From Octopus sinensis (lineage: Eukaryota): a DNA stretch of 64,000 nt. Numbering within the stretch: position 1 is the stretch's first letter; each line of letters begins with the position of its first letter. The stretch spans positions 186,001 through 250,000 of the forward strand of contig NW_021831041.1 of NCBI RefSeq assembly GCF_006345805.1, read 5' to 3'. The notes beneath the pieces are model-generated. The model worked only from the letters and a program-made list of their open reading frames with translations. It did not search any database and was not told the DNA's origin. Shown here in pieces: positions 25,831 to 39,208 of the stretch. A program made the position numbers and the translations under genes.

Positions 25831-26619
25831 TCACATCCACCCATATCGACTAGATCAAACTAGTAAGTTGATAAAAAAAAATTTCAATCCCTAAAAAATA
25901 TTGTGTTAAGGCGTCCAAAACAGCTGAAGAGATTTTGGTAGATAGGAAAACAAACCTAATATTAGAGGGAGCAGGTGTAAATTCATTTATATTTAATAAT
26001 TACGAGTTAACACTTAAAACGTGACGCCATTTTAATAAAAAGAGACGTAAATTTTCAAAAATTGCCGTAATTTAGGTCTCCACGAACAATATAAATACGT
26101 GTTCTGCGGGTGATAAATACTACTCTGAAATGAAGACTTATTTGTATCAATTTCTCATTGAAAATTTAAACAAGAAGTGCCTTTATAATTCGTGAATTGG
26201 GATGTCGAATTCGTTTTGCATTACCAATCCAACTGAACTAGCAAAAATGTGGGGGGGAGTTGAAAGAAAACCATAAGATGACAGTTGACAAGTTCAAACG
26301 CGTCATAAGGTTGTATTACAACAACCCGAGGATCCTAAAAAGAGAAAAAGGGCAGAAAAATACCTACACCTTTTATGAAGATATTTGGTCAAAAGATGTC
26401 CTTTAGCAATCTATTGAGGAATATACACTTACTGCTGCTCGAATGCATATAAGTCTCCTCTTAGTATAAATTATGACGACCTTATACAATCGTTTTTGGG
26501 GAATATAAGGCCCAGGACTTGTAGGACTCTCTGTTGCTGTAGTCTTGTCCGGGTGATGCTGCAGTGAAACCCAAGATGGTGGAGGAGTTGAAAAGACTAA
26601 TATTCCAGCAGTAAAAAAA

Positions 26620-28320
26620 GCTACAAATAGACGGACTGGTCGCCTAGTACATCATTCTCACATTGCAGCAAAGAGAGCATATTCCCAGAACAGTCAAAGA
26701 GAGCGGCTGATTTGATGTGTGGGGTGGACAGGATATCGAGGACATCAAGAGTGCCCCCGTGGAAGACTACCTCCCCGAGAGATACTTCCCTCTGCTCGAC
26801 TGGACGATGATTGTTAGCAGGATAGGCGGTTGAATAACTCAGTTCGCGCACTGTCACCCCCCCAACCTGAGGGCACTGTGGAACAACCTCTACCACCCTT
26901 CGATAAACACGTATTCCTCGTCGGGGGAAGAGAATAGGAAAATAATGGAGTTGGTGAAAGAGCTCGGGGATCACAGTTGGTGTACTGTGGCTAGCCAATT
27001 GGGAGTATCCTGGGTGATTCGGGGTAGAATCGGAGGACTCCCTTCTTTTGTCTGCAAAAGTACCAGAAGATTCGGTGGTTTTTGTGGAGTATGCAGGGCT
27101 TGGGGGTCTGCCGAAGATGACATTTTGCTGGAAGTAGCGGACAGTCTGTGTTTGGGGGCCGAGTGTTCTTCAAGGAAGGTTAAAATGTGAGTGAGTCTGT
27201 ACATGTCTAATCAAAGCAGAGTGGAGTGCTTGAAACGGTACAACGAGTCGTGTCCCCGTCGTTGTCTGGACACGTGAGGAGTGGAGGAGGACAAGGCTGT
27301 CTGTCTCGGTCACTTACAGAGACTGGTGGCAGCCATGAGGACGAATGGACTGACCAGATATCGCTGGAGGGACGAGGACTACTAGACAATGTCGGCAGAG
27401 ATGGATTTCCATGTTGTGGAAGGCCGGAGAAGTGGACGACAAGGCTCTGGCCAGGACTGTGAAGAGAATGGGATACAGGTAGGAACATTTGGCACGGGAG
27501 GTGGGGGCTGCCCCCGACATGTGCAAACACCGCTACCGAATGTTGACAACCTATAATCGACGACTCATCAGTTCGGCTTTCCAAAGGGTGGTCTCCTCCT
27601 TTATTCCAGGTCCGCTACGACCCAGCCATCCGCGTCGACCTCAAACTCACCGACAAGTTGATGGGGCATGTTCGCCAACTGTGTTAGATTGAGCGACAGT
27701 TCCTTCAGGAGACGACAATTCTGAGGGAGAAGCAGGCCAGTCTGAGCATAGCTCGCCCATTCGACATGTCTTACCCCTCCATTGACTCTTCTCTTCTCTC
27801 CATCGGTCATTCCAGATTGCTGCTGAGTTGGCTGAGTTGGTTATAAGCAGAATAAAAGCAAACACTGTGATTTGTGCATTCCTGGCAGTTTTAGGTGTTT
27901 CCTTGAGTTCATTGCGATCTATTTAAAGAGTCTTGAATTTCTTTGCAGGTTTTTGGAATTGTCCCAATCGTCTCCGAGATTACTATAGTTGTGGAGTTCA
28001 GTCGGAGGTCCCTCTCTCCCCCCACATTTTCCACTACATGTGCATTTGTCTACCTGTTGAAACAGAGACCAGACTTGGAGAGGTTGTTCATCAAATCGTC
28101 GTTTGAAGAGGACGAACACTTCACTGCCTTCCGACTACTCTTCATGGCCCTGTTCACATGGCCTGCCGTATTCACCATATGTCAGTTCTCCCAGAGGTTT
28201 ATCCCGTCCGGCATGTTTAGGGAATTAGTCAAGTCCACAATTCGACGGAAGAGGTAATTGTGGAAGAAGAATAGTAAACTGGGTGTGTCGGGTAGGTCGA
28301 AAAGAGCCATGACAATGTGT
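26620..28320 (-). mobile_element. Heavily degraded GC-richer LINE/RT-like insertion
   Basis: Abrupt rise in GC. CSYLYPILFTV..MEIHL resembles a decayed GVPQGSxLGPxLF..YADD region. It abuts the Helitron motif FAMTINKAQ. Confidence 0.35.
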
Positions 28321-28324
28321 TCCT

Positions 28325-29030
28325 GAGCCTTGTTTATTGTCATCGCAAAATCCTTTTCAACAGAAATTCCAGCCATTTAAATCTAAACTGCAATTTATTA
28401 GAAATAATAGGAATTCTTGGGATATGAACATCCTCACCTTTATACTTACTCGTTAATCTCGTCGCCTCTATTACGTTAACAATCAAATTTTTGATAACTA
28501 ACCTCGTTCCGTTGCATAATGTAGATGGTGCAAAATTTCGTTATAAAACCACCGAAAAGCCTATCTTTAACTTTAAAAAATGATTTGGTATTCAAGAGGG
28601 ATCTAAGGAATTTAAAAATTCAATCGGATATTCGCCCGAAAATAAATTGTATGTTTGAGAAAAACTTAAAAATAGTTAATATTTTTTAGCAAATTCTTCT
28701 AATTTAGCTGTCAAAGGGTGGTTAATTGTGTTAATGATTGTGTAAATCTTAATAAAATCTGTGTCTGTGTGTGGAAGTCCTCCAAGAACCTTCCACTCAA
28801 AAATCTAGCATATCAAGAATATTCCCGATGACGAAGTCATTAAAACCTTTCCGTCAAAAATTATTTTTTGCATCAGGGGTCATCTGTCTGGAATCACTTT
28901 CTTTCCTTCGTCGGCTAAGGACGAAGATTGCTAAAAAAAGTAAAAACCTCAACGAGGCTTGACATCTTCACCAAAGAATCTCTTTGGTGATCGTCCGGGG
29001 GAATAGCCAGGCCATCTTATGCGCCGGCAA
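28325..29030 (-). mobile_element. Helitron Pif1-helicase remnant
   Basis: LKLKIG..RNFAPSTLCNGTRLVIKNLIVNVIEA..GEDVHIPRIP..FAMTINKAQ, the hallmark motifs of the Helitron helicase C-terminus. Confidence 0.8.
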
Positions 29031-29301
29031 TTTGATATAATTTTTGTCTGTAATTTAAATTAAAACTATTGTATTTCAAAATAAATGCCATACTGCCGAC
29101 CACAAATTAAAATTAAAGCTATTATTATAATCGATCTTGATAGTGTAATCGGCAGACTTTAAAATACCACTTGACAGTGCAGTTAGCAATTTAAAAGTAC
29201 CCATTTAAATAATAAAACATTCATCTAAAGAAAAAATATTAATATTAGAGTGAAACTTAAACAGAAAATCTATTTACTATAATTTTTACACTAGAGTTAT
29301 A

Positions 29302-30609
29302 CACTCAACCCTCTCAAATTGGCCCCTCTCAAATTGGCCATTTTCAACTTGCACAAACTTGCATATTTAACGGATTTGTTAGAACATCAAGAAATATCCG
29401 TTTATAGTTCATATAAAAAACTCACATTAAAGGATGTTGTGATATTTGTTAAAATGGCATGGGAAGATGTATCGCAACATACCATTTTAAATAGTAAAGT
29501 TAATTTAATCAAGTGAAATCGACAAAAAAATCTAGCTATAATGTACTGGCTCGCAGGATTGAAAGACAATTCCCGCGTAAAATTGTTACGGAATTCTAAA
29601 TAATAATAACGTGAAAAATAATTCAGAAAATAGTATATCAATAGAAAGGACAGATATTTTTGATCCGTTGGATATTGAAGAATTTCTTGCATATGAATAT
29701 GCAGAAAATGATGCAATAGAAGAGATAGACAATTGCAAAAACATTGAAGATGAAAATATAAATGATGAGGAAGAAATTAACAAAAATGACATTTTGGTCA
29801 GGTTAACGACAATTGAAAAAGATTTATTAAAAAACATTGAAAACGAGAATGATGTCTTACTAATCTTAAGTTCTAGTTTTTCCTTCAGTTTGCAAATAAT
29901 CTTATCAAAAGAGTCCACTGGGTCTTTCTTAGTAGGGTTCCTCATAGTCAACTTCTCATAGGCCACTTGACCTGAATATATTATATCCGAGATTTCGTCA
30001 ATACAGGTCGGGGGATTAGTCGCTGTAAACTCAGCAACTACTTTTTTCACTCCAGAAATAATGCATTCATCCACGTATGAGTGTGGGAGCTTCTTCGTTG
30101 GCCTTCTCTCAGTCCGGTCCAACTCCTTCAAACAAATGGGAATTGAATTTTACTTTAAACAAATTAAGATTTTTTTAATTTTCTTTAAATTTAAAAAAAT
30201 TTATGCTAACTGAAGATAAATTAAAGTAATTTCTTTGAAAATTTATCGACTTTATTATCTAATTGGCCATTTCGAGTTGCTCTAAGAAAAATACGGCGCC
30301 TTATCGCACCGTTATATCTTCGCCCCGGTCGCATTGGAGACGTCGGGTGTCCTCGGTCCCAGGACTAAAAAATTTCTCATTAAATTGGGGAATCTGGCAA
30401 GCAGAAGGAAAAACGATCATCGAGAACGCACATGGCTTTTCCAACGCATATCAATAGCCATCTTGCGTGGGAATTGCCATTCCATCTTGTCCTCTGCCGA
30501 TAATTAGTTACACAAAAATAAACAATTCAAAGTAATATATTAAAACATTTCTCAAATTGGCCAACAAAATTGAAGGAACCAAAAATGGCCAATTTGAGAG
30601 GGTTAAGTG
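29302..30609 (+). mobile_element. pogo/Tigger non-autonomous element carrying nested retroelement fragments
   Basis: TIRs CACTCAACCCTCTCAAATTGGCC and GGCCAATTTGAGAGGGTTAAGTG, with TA on both sides. Tigger C-terminal remnant LTLKDVVIFVKMAWEDVSQHTILN. Confidence 0.8.
30300..30520 (+). mobile_element. 3' end of a CRE-like RLE non-LTR element
   Basis: ETSGVLGPRTKKFLIKLGNLA..RERTWLFQRISIAILRGNCHSIL*, a typical RLE-element C-terminus. Confidence 0.7.
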
Positions 30610-31249
30610 TACATTAAATTAAAAGCTATTCATTCTTTTTGAACAATAATTTACTATACAATTATTTCAGTTAATGAAAATTTAACATTATCGACCCGTT
30701 GTTGAGATGTAATTAGTTAAGAAATTCTAAAACACTGAGAATGGAAGGGGTTTCATCTCTATTTGTTGTTTCAGGCGTTTTCGTAGGATGACGAGAATTC
30801 CAAACACAAGCGCAGAAGAGAAAAGCACGTCACGGCGGAAAAATACCTATATGCTAGATTTTTGGATGGAAGGTTCTTTGATGACTTCATCCTTTTAGAC
30901 TTGTTCCCCATTATTGGCTAATTATAAGGGGAAAGGATTTTGTCAATCTATCTGTATTTTTTTAATTTGAAGTTTGTGTAAACATACAGAAAGACACACC
31001 ATGTTATTATTAAGATCTTGTAAATTTTCTCTTCGAGTTGCTCTAAGAAAAATTTTTGTGGAGATCCTTCCTTTTCGAGTATAACCTTAAATACGCTTTT
31101 TTACCGTCGATGCATTCATGAAACATAAAAAGAGATAAAAAAAATTAAAAATGATTTACAAAGTGTAGACATATCGTATTCGGATTTGATGATATCATTT
31201 ACAAATTGTTTAATCTGTTATTATTTAAAACTACCAAGGGATAATGTTT

Positions 31250-31524
31250 TTAGACAACAGATAAAAGCTTCTCGACTTTAAAATGTAGGATTTTCCCTGG
31301 GTTCACATCAGATTCAGCGTCAATCTTATAGTAGCGATTTGTATCAGGGTTAAAAAAGTACCCGTCGAGTTCTACGGTTTTTTAAATAGATTACTTCGAT
31401 CAAAGTCAAAGTATGTGTCGGAAACACTTTCGGTAATGTTATACAGCAATGCTTCGTACAAATGAGAAGGTTTTACGCTATCAAATAATAAGTAACCAAC
31501 TCAGACATACTATGGACCAGACAT
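31250..31524 (-). CDS. Putative ~72-aa microprotein (two micro-introns)
   Basis: Splicing 33-nt and 23-nt GT-AG introns gives MSGPYVKPSHLYEALLYNITESVSDTYFDFDRKLDGYFFNPDTNRYYKIDAESDVNPGKILHFKVEKLLSVV*. Confidence 0.35.
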
Positions 31525-31577
31525 AGATATCCTACCCCCGTAAATAAATTTATTAGTTTTATTAATAAATTAGATAT

Positions 31578-34500
31578 TTAAAAAAGGGACTTTCCCACGT
31601 TTATATTCTTCTCACACTGAAGAATAATTTTGTTATACTCTTCCTCATAAAATCGTGTATTTCGACTTAATGAAAAATCAAGAGGATTGCAATCCCTTTG
31701 AGTCCTTCCCGAAATCGGCCGTCCTGTCTCATCAGAGTAGAACCCCACGTCAAAATCAAACGGATTTCTGTTTATCCGTTCATGAATTGACATAAATAGT
31801 GGAATATACACAATATAATCCAAAAACGAAATCTAAACTGTTTTAACCTTCTACCTCATATCGTTCATTTGGACGCATAACTTTGAGCAAATACTTCTGT
31901 TGAGACACCGTCAACCCCCCGGCGAGCAGTTCTATTCTCAGAGAAGACGCCGTGATGTAATTATGGTTGTACAATCCCGTCGTATTGCAGTAGAAAAGCG
32001 AATAGTAAAAATTCATTTTACGCTCAATGTCGTACAGTCGGCACAACTTGATCAAATCCTGACAGTAAGAGCTAGTACGTGAATTTATGACCTCCTCACT
32101 CCATTTGTATCACTCGTTCGACCAAGGCCGCCAGGACTGTGAATTTCCTGAAACAGATTTCGCTCGAATCTTCGATTTTTATAACCTGGCCATTTTAGAT
32201 AGCAAACAACCTTCATGACGTATTCTTTCTGTTCCAACTCGAGATTGACGAACAGATTTTTTATGGCACACATCGCAGTCTACACTCAACACAACATCAG
32301 ACATACATTCCCGTCAATCACTGGTTTCTTTGACAAATTTTCAGAAAGAAATCCTTTCGCGTATCGCTCGATCTTTGTCGAGTCTACCAGCTTGTAATGA
32401 GTCAGGATTGTCATGTCTTTTGTGGATAACACCAAAGTGACCTCTCTCGAAGGGGGAGATGCGTTCTTCCGAGTCTTCAGAGACACTTTTGACCAGTTCT
32501 TTAATGTACTCAGTCAGTTGTCCTCGACTTCCGGAAATTCCACGTGATTGCTGCATTTTGTTCACTGAAACTTAAATTGAGTATTACTGATATCCAAAAA
32601 ATTGTTGGAGTTGAGCAATTCGTTTATTGGCCTGTCCTCGATGCTCTCGTTCTGAGATGAGTATTTAATAAAAGACCGAAAAGGTGACATCCATGTTGAT
32701 TTTGTCCTTCTTTAGTGCCTGGGAAAGCTTCTCTCTAAGAAGGGCTTGTTCGGATTTTCTAGTTCTTTTCTTTTCTTCTTTTACTTGATTATACATAAAT
32801 ATAAATACATTTTCGACGGGTTTCGATGCTCTGAGAGTATTATAAGTGTATGGAAAATTACCTTTGCGACTTCGGATAATGTTACGGATGCTTTTGGGAC
32901 AAGTTTTTGGGCTTAAGTTTAGTTTTTGGGGATTTACCTTCTTCGGCTTTAATTTTTTCTTGCCTATTTTAGATTATTAAGTGGATTACATTTTTTTAAA
33001 TTCTTTGCGTTTCTCTTTTTCTTTGAAGTAGATTTTCTTTTCTTCTTTGGTCAATGTTTTTAGAAATTCGCGCTCTGTCTCTGAATCAAGGTCCTCGGAG
33101 TCATCATCTGAACCCTGGCCACGAGCTCGCTTTCTTTAAAAATGTATTTTTTATTTTAAATTAACAAAATAGTTATCTATTATAAAAAAAACTTACAATT
33201 GTTTTTTCATTTCCGTTAATTTGTTAAAAATTTTGTCTTTTTTATTGTTTCTAATTTCCTGTTTTTCTTTTCGAAGAGCCTGGCGAATTTTCTTGTTTTC
33301 AAAATATTTTTCTTTTTCCTCGTTGGTCAATCCCTCCAAATATTGTTTTTCCCATTCCTCGTCGGTCTCGGAATCACTGAAATCTCACAAAACTCGCAAA
33401 AACCTTGTCAGGACAATTCCAGTCTTAATCTGCAGCAGTTTTTTCTTAATTTTCTTTTCATGTTTTTTCTTTTTAATTTCTTCCTAAGAATTTTTTGAGA
33501 AAGTGCACAGCGGTCATATTCGTGTAGTCCTCACTACTGTCAGTCACCGACGAGTAGTAGGAGTTCCCCTCCGAGTCGACCCTCCGCGTTTTTTTGGTGG
33601 TTTTTCCGAGTTGTTTCCGAACTTTGTTTTTTAGAGATTTTTGAGCTTTCTTTAAAATTTCGTCGCAAGATGAGCTTTCGTTAGTTTCGTTGTCTTTGAC
33701 GAGTCTCTCAACTCTTCTTTTATTTCTTCTCAGCTTTCCTTCTTCGTCTGCACTGCTGTGGTAGGATTCGGCGTCGGTTTCATAACCTGTCACTCATAGG
33801 GCTGTATTACCGAGTATTTCCCCGTTTTTCCCTTTTATCTTTTTTCTTCTCCGCACGTGTTTTTTGCCGTCCTCCCCAATGTAGCTGTGATAGCTGTAGT
33901 CACTGTCGCTGTCTGACTGCCTTCCTCCTTCGATATATTTCTGAAGTACAATTTTGAAGTGAATAACTTGAAATTGTTCTTTGGTCATTTTTTTGAGTTT
34001 TTCTTTTTCTTTTTTTCTTAAAATTTCTTTTTTGTTTTTTTGGACTTCTTTGCTCTCGATTAGTTTGTTTTTGTCGACTTTCCTATACGGATATGACCAA
34101 GTTGATACTTTATATATTTTTTCCCAGTTTTCTTGTCTATTATAACTTCGTAGAGCTCTCCGTCTCGTTCAAACACTTCCAGTGTTTCCATGTCGTCTTC
34201 ATTCGCTTTTGAAGAATCAAATATGTCCAAATCGGCATCTGACAAATCAAAAAGATGAAACACATTTATTTGAATCAATTTTCACAATTGATTTTTTTGA
34301 CACGTTTATTATCTCAATATCGTCTTCCAAGCCTAACATCTCACGGAGGACCTTCTTCTGGTCTCCACTGTTCACATAATTGTCGTACTCTTCTGCTGTC
34401 ATGATGATCTCCTTTTTAACCAACTAAACATCTTTTGTCAATTCTACACCCTTCCAGATTTGGTCCTCACAGTTATTGTCACCAGTTTTTTATCGACTTC

Positions 34501-35880
34501 TTTCGGATATTTTTTTAGCTTTCTTTCAGCTTCTGTGATGCGTTTTTGCTTCCAATTTAAGACTTTTTCATCTGAGGCAAGTAGATTTCGTTTTTTCATA
34601 ATGTCCTCGATTGTCAGCTTTCCTTCTTCTAGTGCCTTTGCCTCCTCTTCGGTCAATGACAACTTTTTTTTGACAAGTCGACCACTTTTTGTCCGAATAG
34701 TTGCTGTGACTGTGTTGTGGACCTTTTGATAAAAATTGATGTTTGTATAACTTTTTCCTTTGATTTTACTGTTTTTTCTTGTTTCCAGTCGAGGACCTTG
34801 TCGTTTTGCTTAAGGATGTTTTTTTTCCTCATAATCTCTTCTATCGTGACCTTCCCTTCCTTCAGTGCTTTGGCCTCCTCTTCAGTCAAAGAAATCTTTT
34901 TCTGAACGATCTTTCCACTTTTTGTGCGGATTGTGGCAGTGACGGAATGCTGCATTTTATCCTAAACGTATTTAATCGGAATAGACTTTCTTTTGAGGAG
35001 GTTTAGCCTTCCAGGCTTCAAGTTTCTCATCTTTGCTAATTTCACCGCGTTTTTTGAGGACATCCTCGAGGTTTAGAGTCCCACTTTGGATGGCTTCGTA
35101 CTCATCCTTGGTCAAGATGATGTCTTTCTCGACCAAACGGCCACTTTTTGTTCTGATGAGGGTTTTTATGACCGTTGGTTCCTCTAAATCGATTTTATCG
35201 ATGATGTCCCCTTCCGATAACTTGCCAGAGCAAATCAATTATTTTACTTTAATGTATTTTTGAAGGATTTTGTGAGCAATTTCGCTTCCGTCAAGCATTT
35301 TTTTGTAATCTGATTTTGACACGAATGCTGTGACTTTTTTCAAATTTCCACTTTTTGTACGAATGTAAGTCACAGTAGGCACCACCTCCTCTTCATCGAA
35401 AGTTTCTATTCGTCCTCGATCATTTTCGCTCAAATATTTTTTCAAAATCTCCATTTTGTCGGCGCCTTCTTTGAACATTTCTTCATAGTCCTTTTTCTTG
35501 ATATAAACAATCTTTTCCACAAGTTCTCCCTTGCTATTTCTCATATAAGTTCTGATAGCCACAGTTTCTTAAATGTTTCAATTTTGTAGGAACCTTCATC
35601 GTCTTCTTGTATTGTCGATAACATTTTGTTGAGGTTTTCCTTCAATTCATTCTTGAAATTGACATATTATTTAAAAAATACTTCTTTTTCTAACTTTTTT
35701 AAGAGCATTTGAATGTAATAGTAACTGTGCCGGTATCCCCCTCCGACTCTAATGAATTTGTTCTAAGTAATATGTAATTCCTCATTTACCCGCTGACAGA
35801 TTGAATGGTCCACCTCAAGGAGACACTTTAGACATATGCGACCGTCCTAAACATTACAAAGTAAATCACATTTCTGGCTA
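31578..35880 (-). CDS. Large multi-exon protein: ~6 RTKSG repeats, charged K/E/D/S-rich middle, conserved-looking EF-hand-like C-terminus
   Basis: Consecutive minus-strand exons linked by micro-introns. Repeats of the type TIRTKSGxxVxKxxxLTxEE...W. C-terminus ELLAGG..SFLDYIVYIPLFMSIHERINRNPFD. The start codon is not firmly located. Confidence 0.7.
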
Positions 35881-37099
35881 GTTGCGAATTAAAAAGTTTA
35901 AGTTTAATCAAAAGGTTTAGTTTTTTATTCTATAAAATTTGAGTTGACAAAATACATCATGACTTGTATATTTTACGTTCGGAAAAAAACAGTTTTCATT
36001 TGTTGATGGATTAAAAAAGGCAAACCTTCTCCATTTTGAAATAGATTCGTAATCTCAGTTATTATGTCATTCCATACTTTCACAATCTGATGTGTTGCTG
36101 ACAGATTCCCTGCCACTCAATCGTTGTACCATCAAACCCCAGAATGTTCCAAATAACGTAATTCGAGTTTAAATCAACTCTAAGTGTGATCGATTATAGC
36201 CTTTGTTGAGATATATTTACTCAATATACCTGTTCAATAAATTAGTTGGTAAACGTAAGAGAGCTTTATTACGATAATAAAAGTTTCATAAACTTAATTT
36301 ATTGATGGTTTTAGTACATTTTATTTAACATTTATTATTTCTCATCTACGAAAAATCTGGAAAGACTTGAGAATTCCATTTATTGGAATCGCATAAAGAA
36401 AATAGCCTTATTCTAAACAAATATTTTGAAGGTTATTTCTGAAAATAGGAGGATATAGTAGATTTTTAATAAACCAAATTTGGAAGCTTTAATCTTCAAA
36501 TGTGACATATGGAGGGGGCCTTCACATGATATTTTGATAAGAAATCGTACTTTGAACTAATTCTACCTGCAGTAACTGATAAGGTTATCCTGCATTCCTT
36601 TCTTTACCTAGCAAAATTATTACCAATTGAAATAAAAAACATCTAACTCGTCACGTAAAAAAATTATTTGACATACAGGGATAGTGGAAATAAATTTACG
36701 TGAAATATAATCATGGACAATTCCTTTAAGGCGGCGGCTCGCGACCTTTTAAACACTAAGAACCAATTACAAAAATAAATCAGATTTTTGTAAAATTTAT
36801 TATATATAGCTATTTAGTGACATTTTGGATCTCGTTTGTTCAGACTAATTCCAGTAATGTCAGGTTTTATTTGACAAAGCGAAACCTAATTTCGGAAGCA
36901 TATCAACGCCTTCCAGAATGTTGCCAAAGGATTTGAAATTTTCACTAAAAGAACCAGACGGGAAAATATCTCCTCTGATCGTATCCCGGAAGTATCAGGA
37001 ACCAACTGGTAAGGTTCAAGAGGTCGAATCTACCGTTCCACGAGGGACTTATGACCGAATTGTGAAGAAGCTTGGCTCTTCGCAATTATCGGGGGACCA

Positions 37100-38330
37100 T
37101 TATGTGGGGCGATAACACAGAAGAGGTTGAAAGGGCAATTGCTGGGTTGAAGAACAAGGCGCCTGGCTTTGACTACATCCCTCCGAAGTTAATTAAAGAA
37201 GGCCCCTGAAATCTTGATACGAGCATTGACTATGTTGTTTCACGCAGCTGGACGTTCGGACACCTTCCATCGGCGTGGAAGCATACGATTGTTCGAATGA
37301 TTCCAAAATCTGGTAAATCGACATGTGGCACAGAACTACCGGCCAATTGCTCATTTGTGCTTTCTCTAAGACAATGGAAAAGATTGTCTTTAACAGACTC
37401 TCTGGTCATATAGAATCACAAAATTTGCTTTTACCTGAACAATGGGGATTTCGTGGAGGAAGAAAGATCCACCGGGACTGCCTCAGGGAGTTAGAGCACC
37501 AATTATCCCGTGCTGACAGAAATGAAGCATGGCTAACTGTGGTGTGTCTGGATCTGGCCAAAGCCTTCGATAGCTGTTGGCACCTGGGCTACTCTCCAGA
37601 ATCCATGACATCGGAGCCGGGATAAAGACCTATCGATGGCTGGAGAGCTTCTTGTCAGGAGACAACAATCATTTGTCCGCTGTGGAAACCGCCTATCGGG
37701 TGTGTGGAACTTAGAAGGGGAGTCCCGCAGGGATCTATCTTGAGTCCACTTCTGTTCAAACTCTTCTTGGCGGACATTCCTCTGCCGTCGACACGTACTG
37801 GCAAGCTCGTTATCTATGCTGACGATATCCTGGTCATGGATACCTCGAAAAGGATATCGCAGTCTTGGAGACGACTGAAATCATACATTGCAACGCTAAA
37901 GATGTGGACTATAGAGAAGGGTTTGACCCTAGCACCGGAGAAGAGCACCATTTCATGTTGCGGAGAGGGAGTCGCTATGCGGAGTCTTGTGCATATGCGA
38001 TGAGTGCTATGTGATGGATCTCTCGAAAAGAAAAATCTTTCTTACCTGGGAGCAACCATTAACTGTCGTGGCTCGTACGTAGAGCATATAGCAAATCAGA
38101 GAAAGAGGAGTGTGAGGATCCTCAAAAGCTTAAACCAGGTTCCATCTGGATCCGGAAACGTACATCTACGTATACAAAACGTGTGTGCAGCCAGTCCTCA
38201 CATATGGCTACGAGGGCTGGTACGGTACGGAGGAGAGTGACTACCTGATCGAACAGTTGGAAAAGACAAGACGTTTCGCTATGAAATTGGTTACGGAGTA
38301 CAACTGACGGAAATTAAAAAGACTCACAAG
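37100..38330 (+). mobile_element. Degenerate Jockey-like LINE RT
   Basis: NKAPGFDYIP, NYRPI, EQWGFRGGR, LDLAKAFDS, GVPQGSILSPLLF, IYADDI and YLG, with several frameshifts. Confidence 0.85.
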
Positions 38331-39208
38331 AATCCTCTGTGCCCACGATCCGGATGGTCTTGGAGAATTGTCGTCAAACGGACTAGTATTGGGGATACGC
38401 ATGGAAAGAGGACACTTCGGTGCCTTGTTTTATCTCCCCGCGATGTTTTTGCTTCCTGGTTTTCTTTTTCTTTTCGCTCAAAAACAATATTCTTTTATTC
38501 TTTATTTTGACAAAGCAACTCACAAATCCTCTATTTAGTGTTCTCTTAACAATGAACAGATTGTTTTGAACAAAGTGCATATTTGTGCAATGAATAATGT
38601 CAATACCTAGTACCAATTTCTTAATAAAAGTAACAAATCCGGAATGACGACCAATCAGTGGATAATGAATCCGTCCTTCCATTTTCAAAAAATAAAAATT
38701 CATCCACAAATCGGAAATAAGAAACAAGTTGACAAATATTTACAATGTCCATCCGATTGGATACTTATCCTGCACTCAATTTTATTGATTAAATTAATTA
38801 GTGTGACAATTCAGAAACTGTTCGTCAGATTGATTTCTTGGTATTATAAATGAATTTAGTGAATAAAAATTCTGGCTAAGAACTAACCAAAGGGATCGAT
38901 TTTTGTTGACTATAACCAGGAAGAAGCGTTATTTTTCAGTTTTATTTTTCTTTAATTTTAACTTTATTTTTTTAATTAACTTTAATCTTGTAAAACTCCT
39001 GGAAACCATTTAGAATTTTCTGAGGATTACAGTCGAGAACCGCAGCTTTCCAAACTTTTAAGTACAGTGATTTTTTTTAATTTAAAAGATATTGAACGAT
39101 TTTTATAAATATATATTAAACAAAATTTGATAATAATTATAGTCTAAAAACGTTATTACCACCTGTATTAACTTGTTCTAGTTGGAATAAACGCTGGTAT
39201 AAAATACA

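Noticed and set aside
29586-30131. 181-aa and 116-aa overlapping ORFs as host genes
   Set aside because: They lie inside the Tigger TIRs and are chimeras of transposase tail and retroelement fragment.
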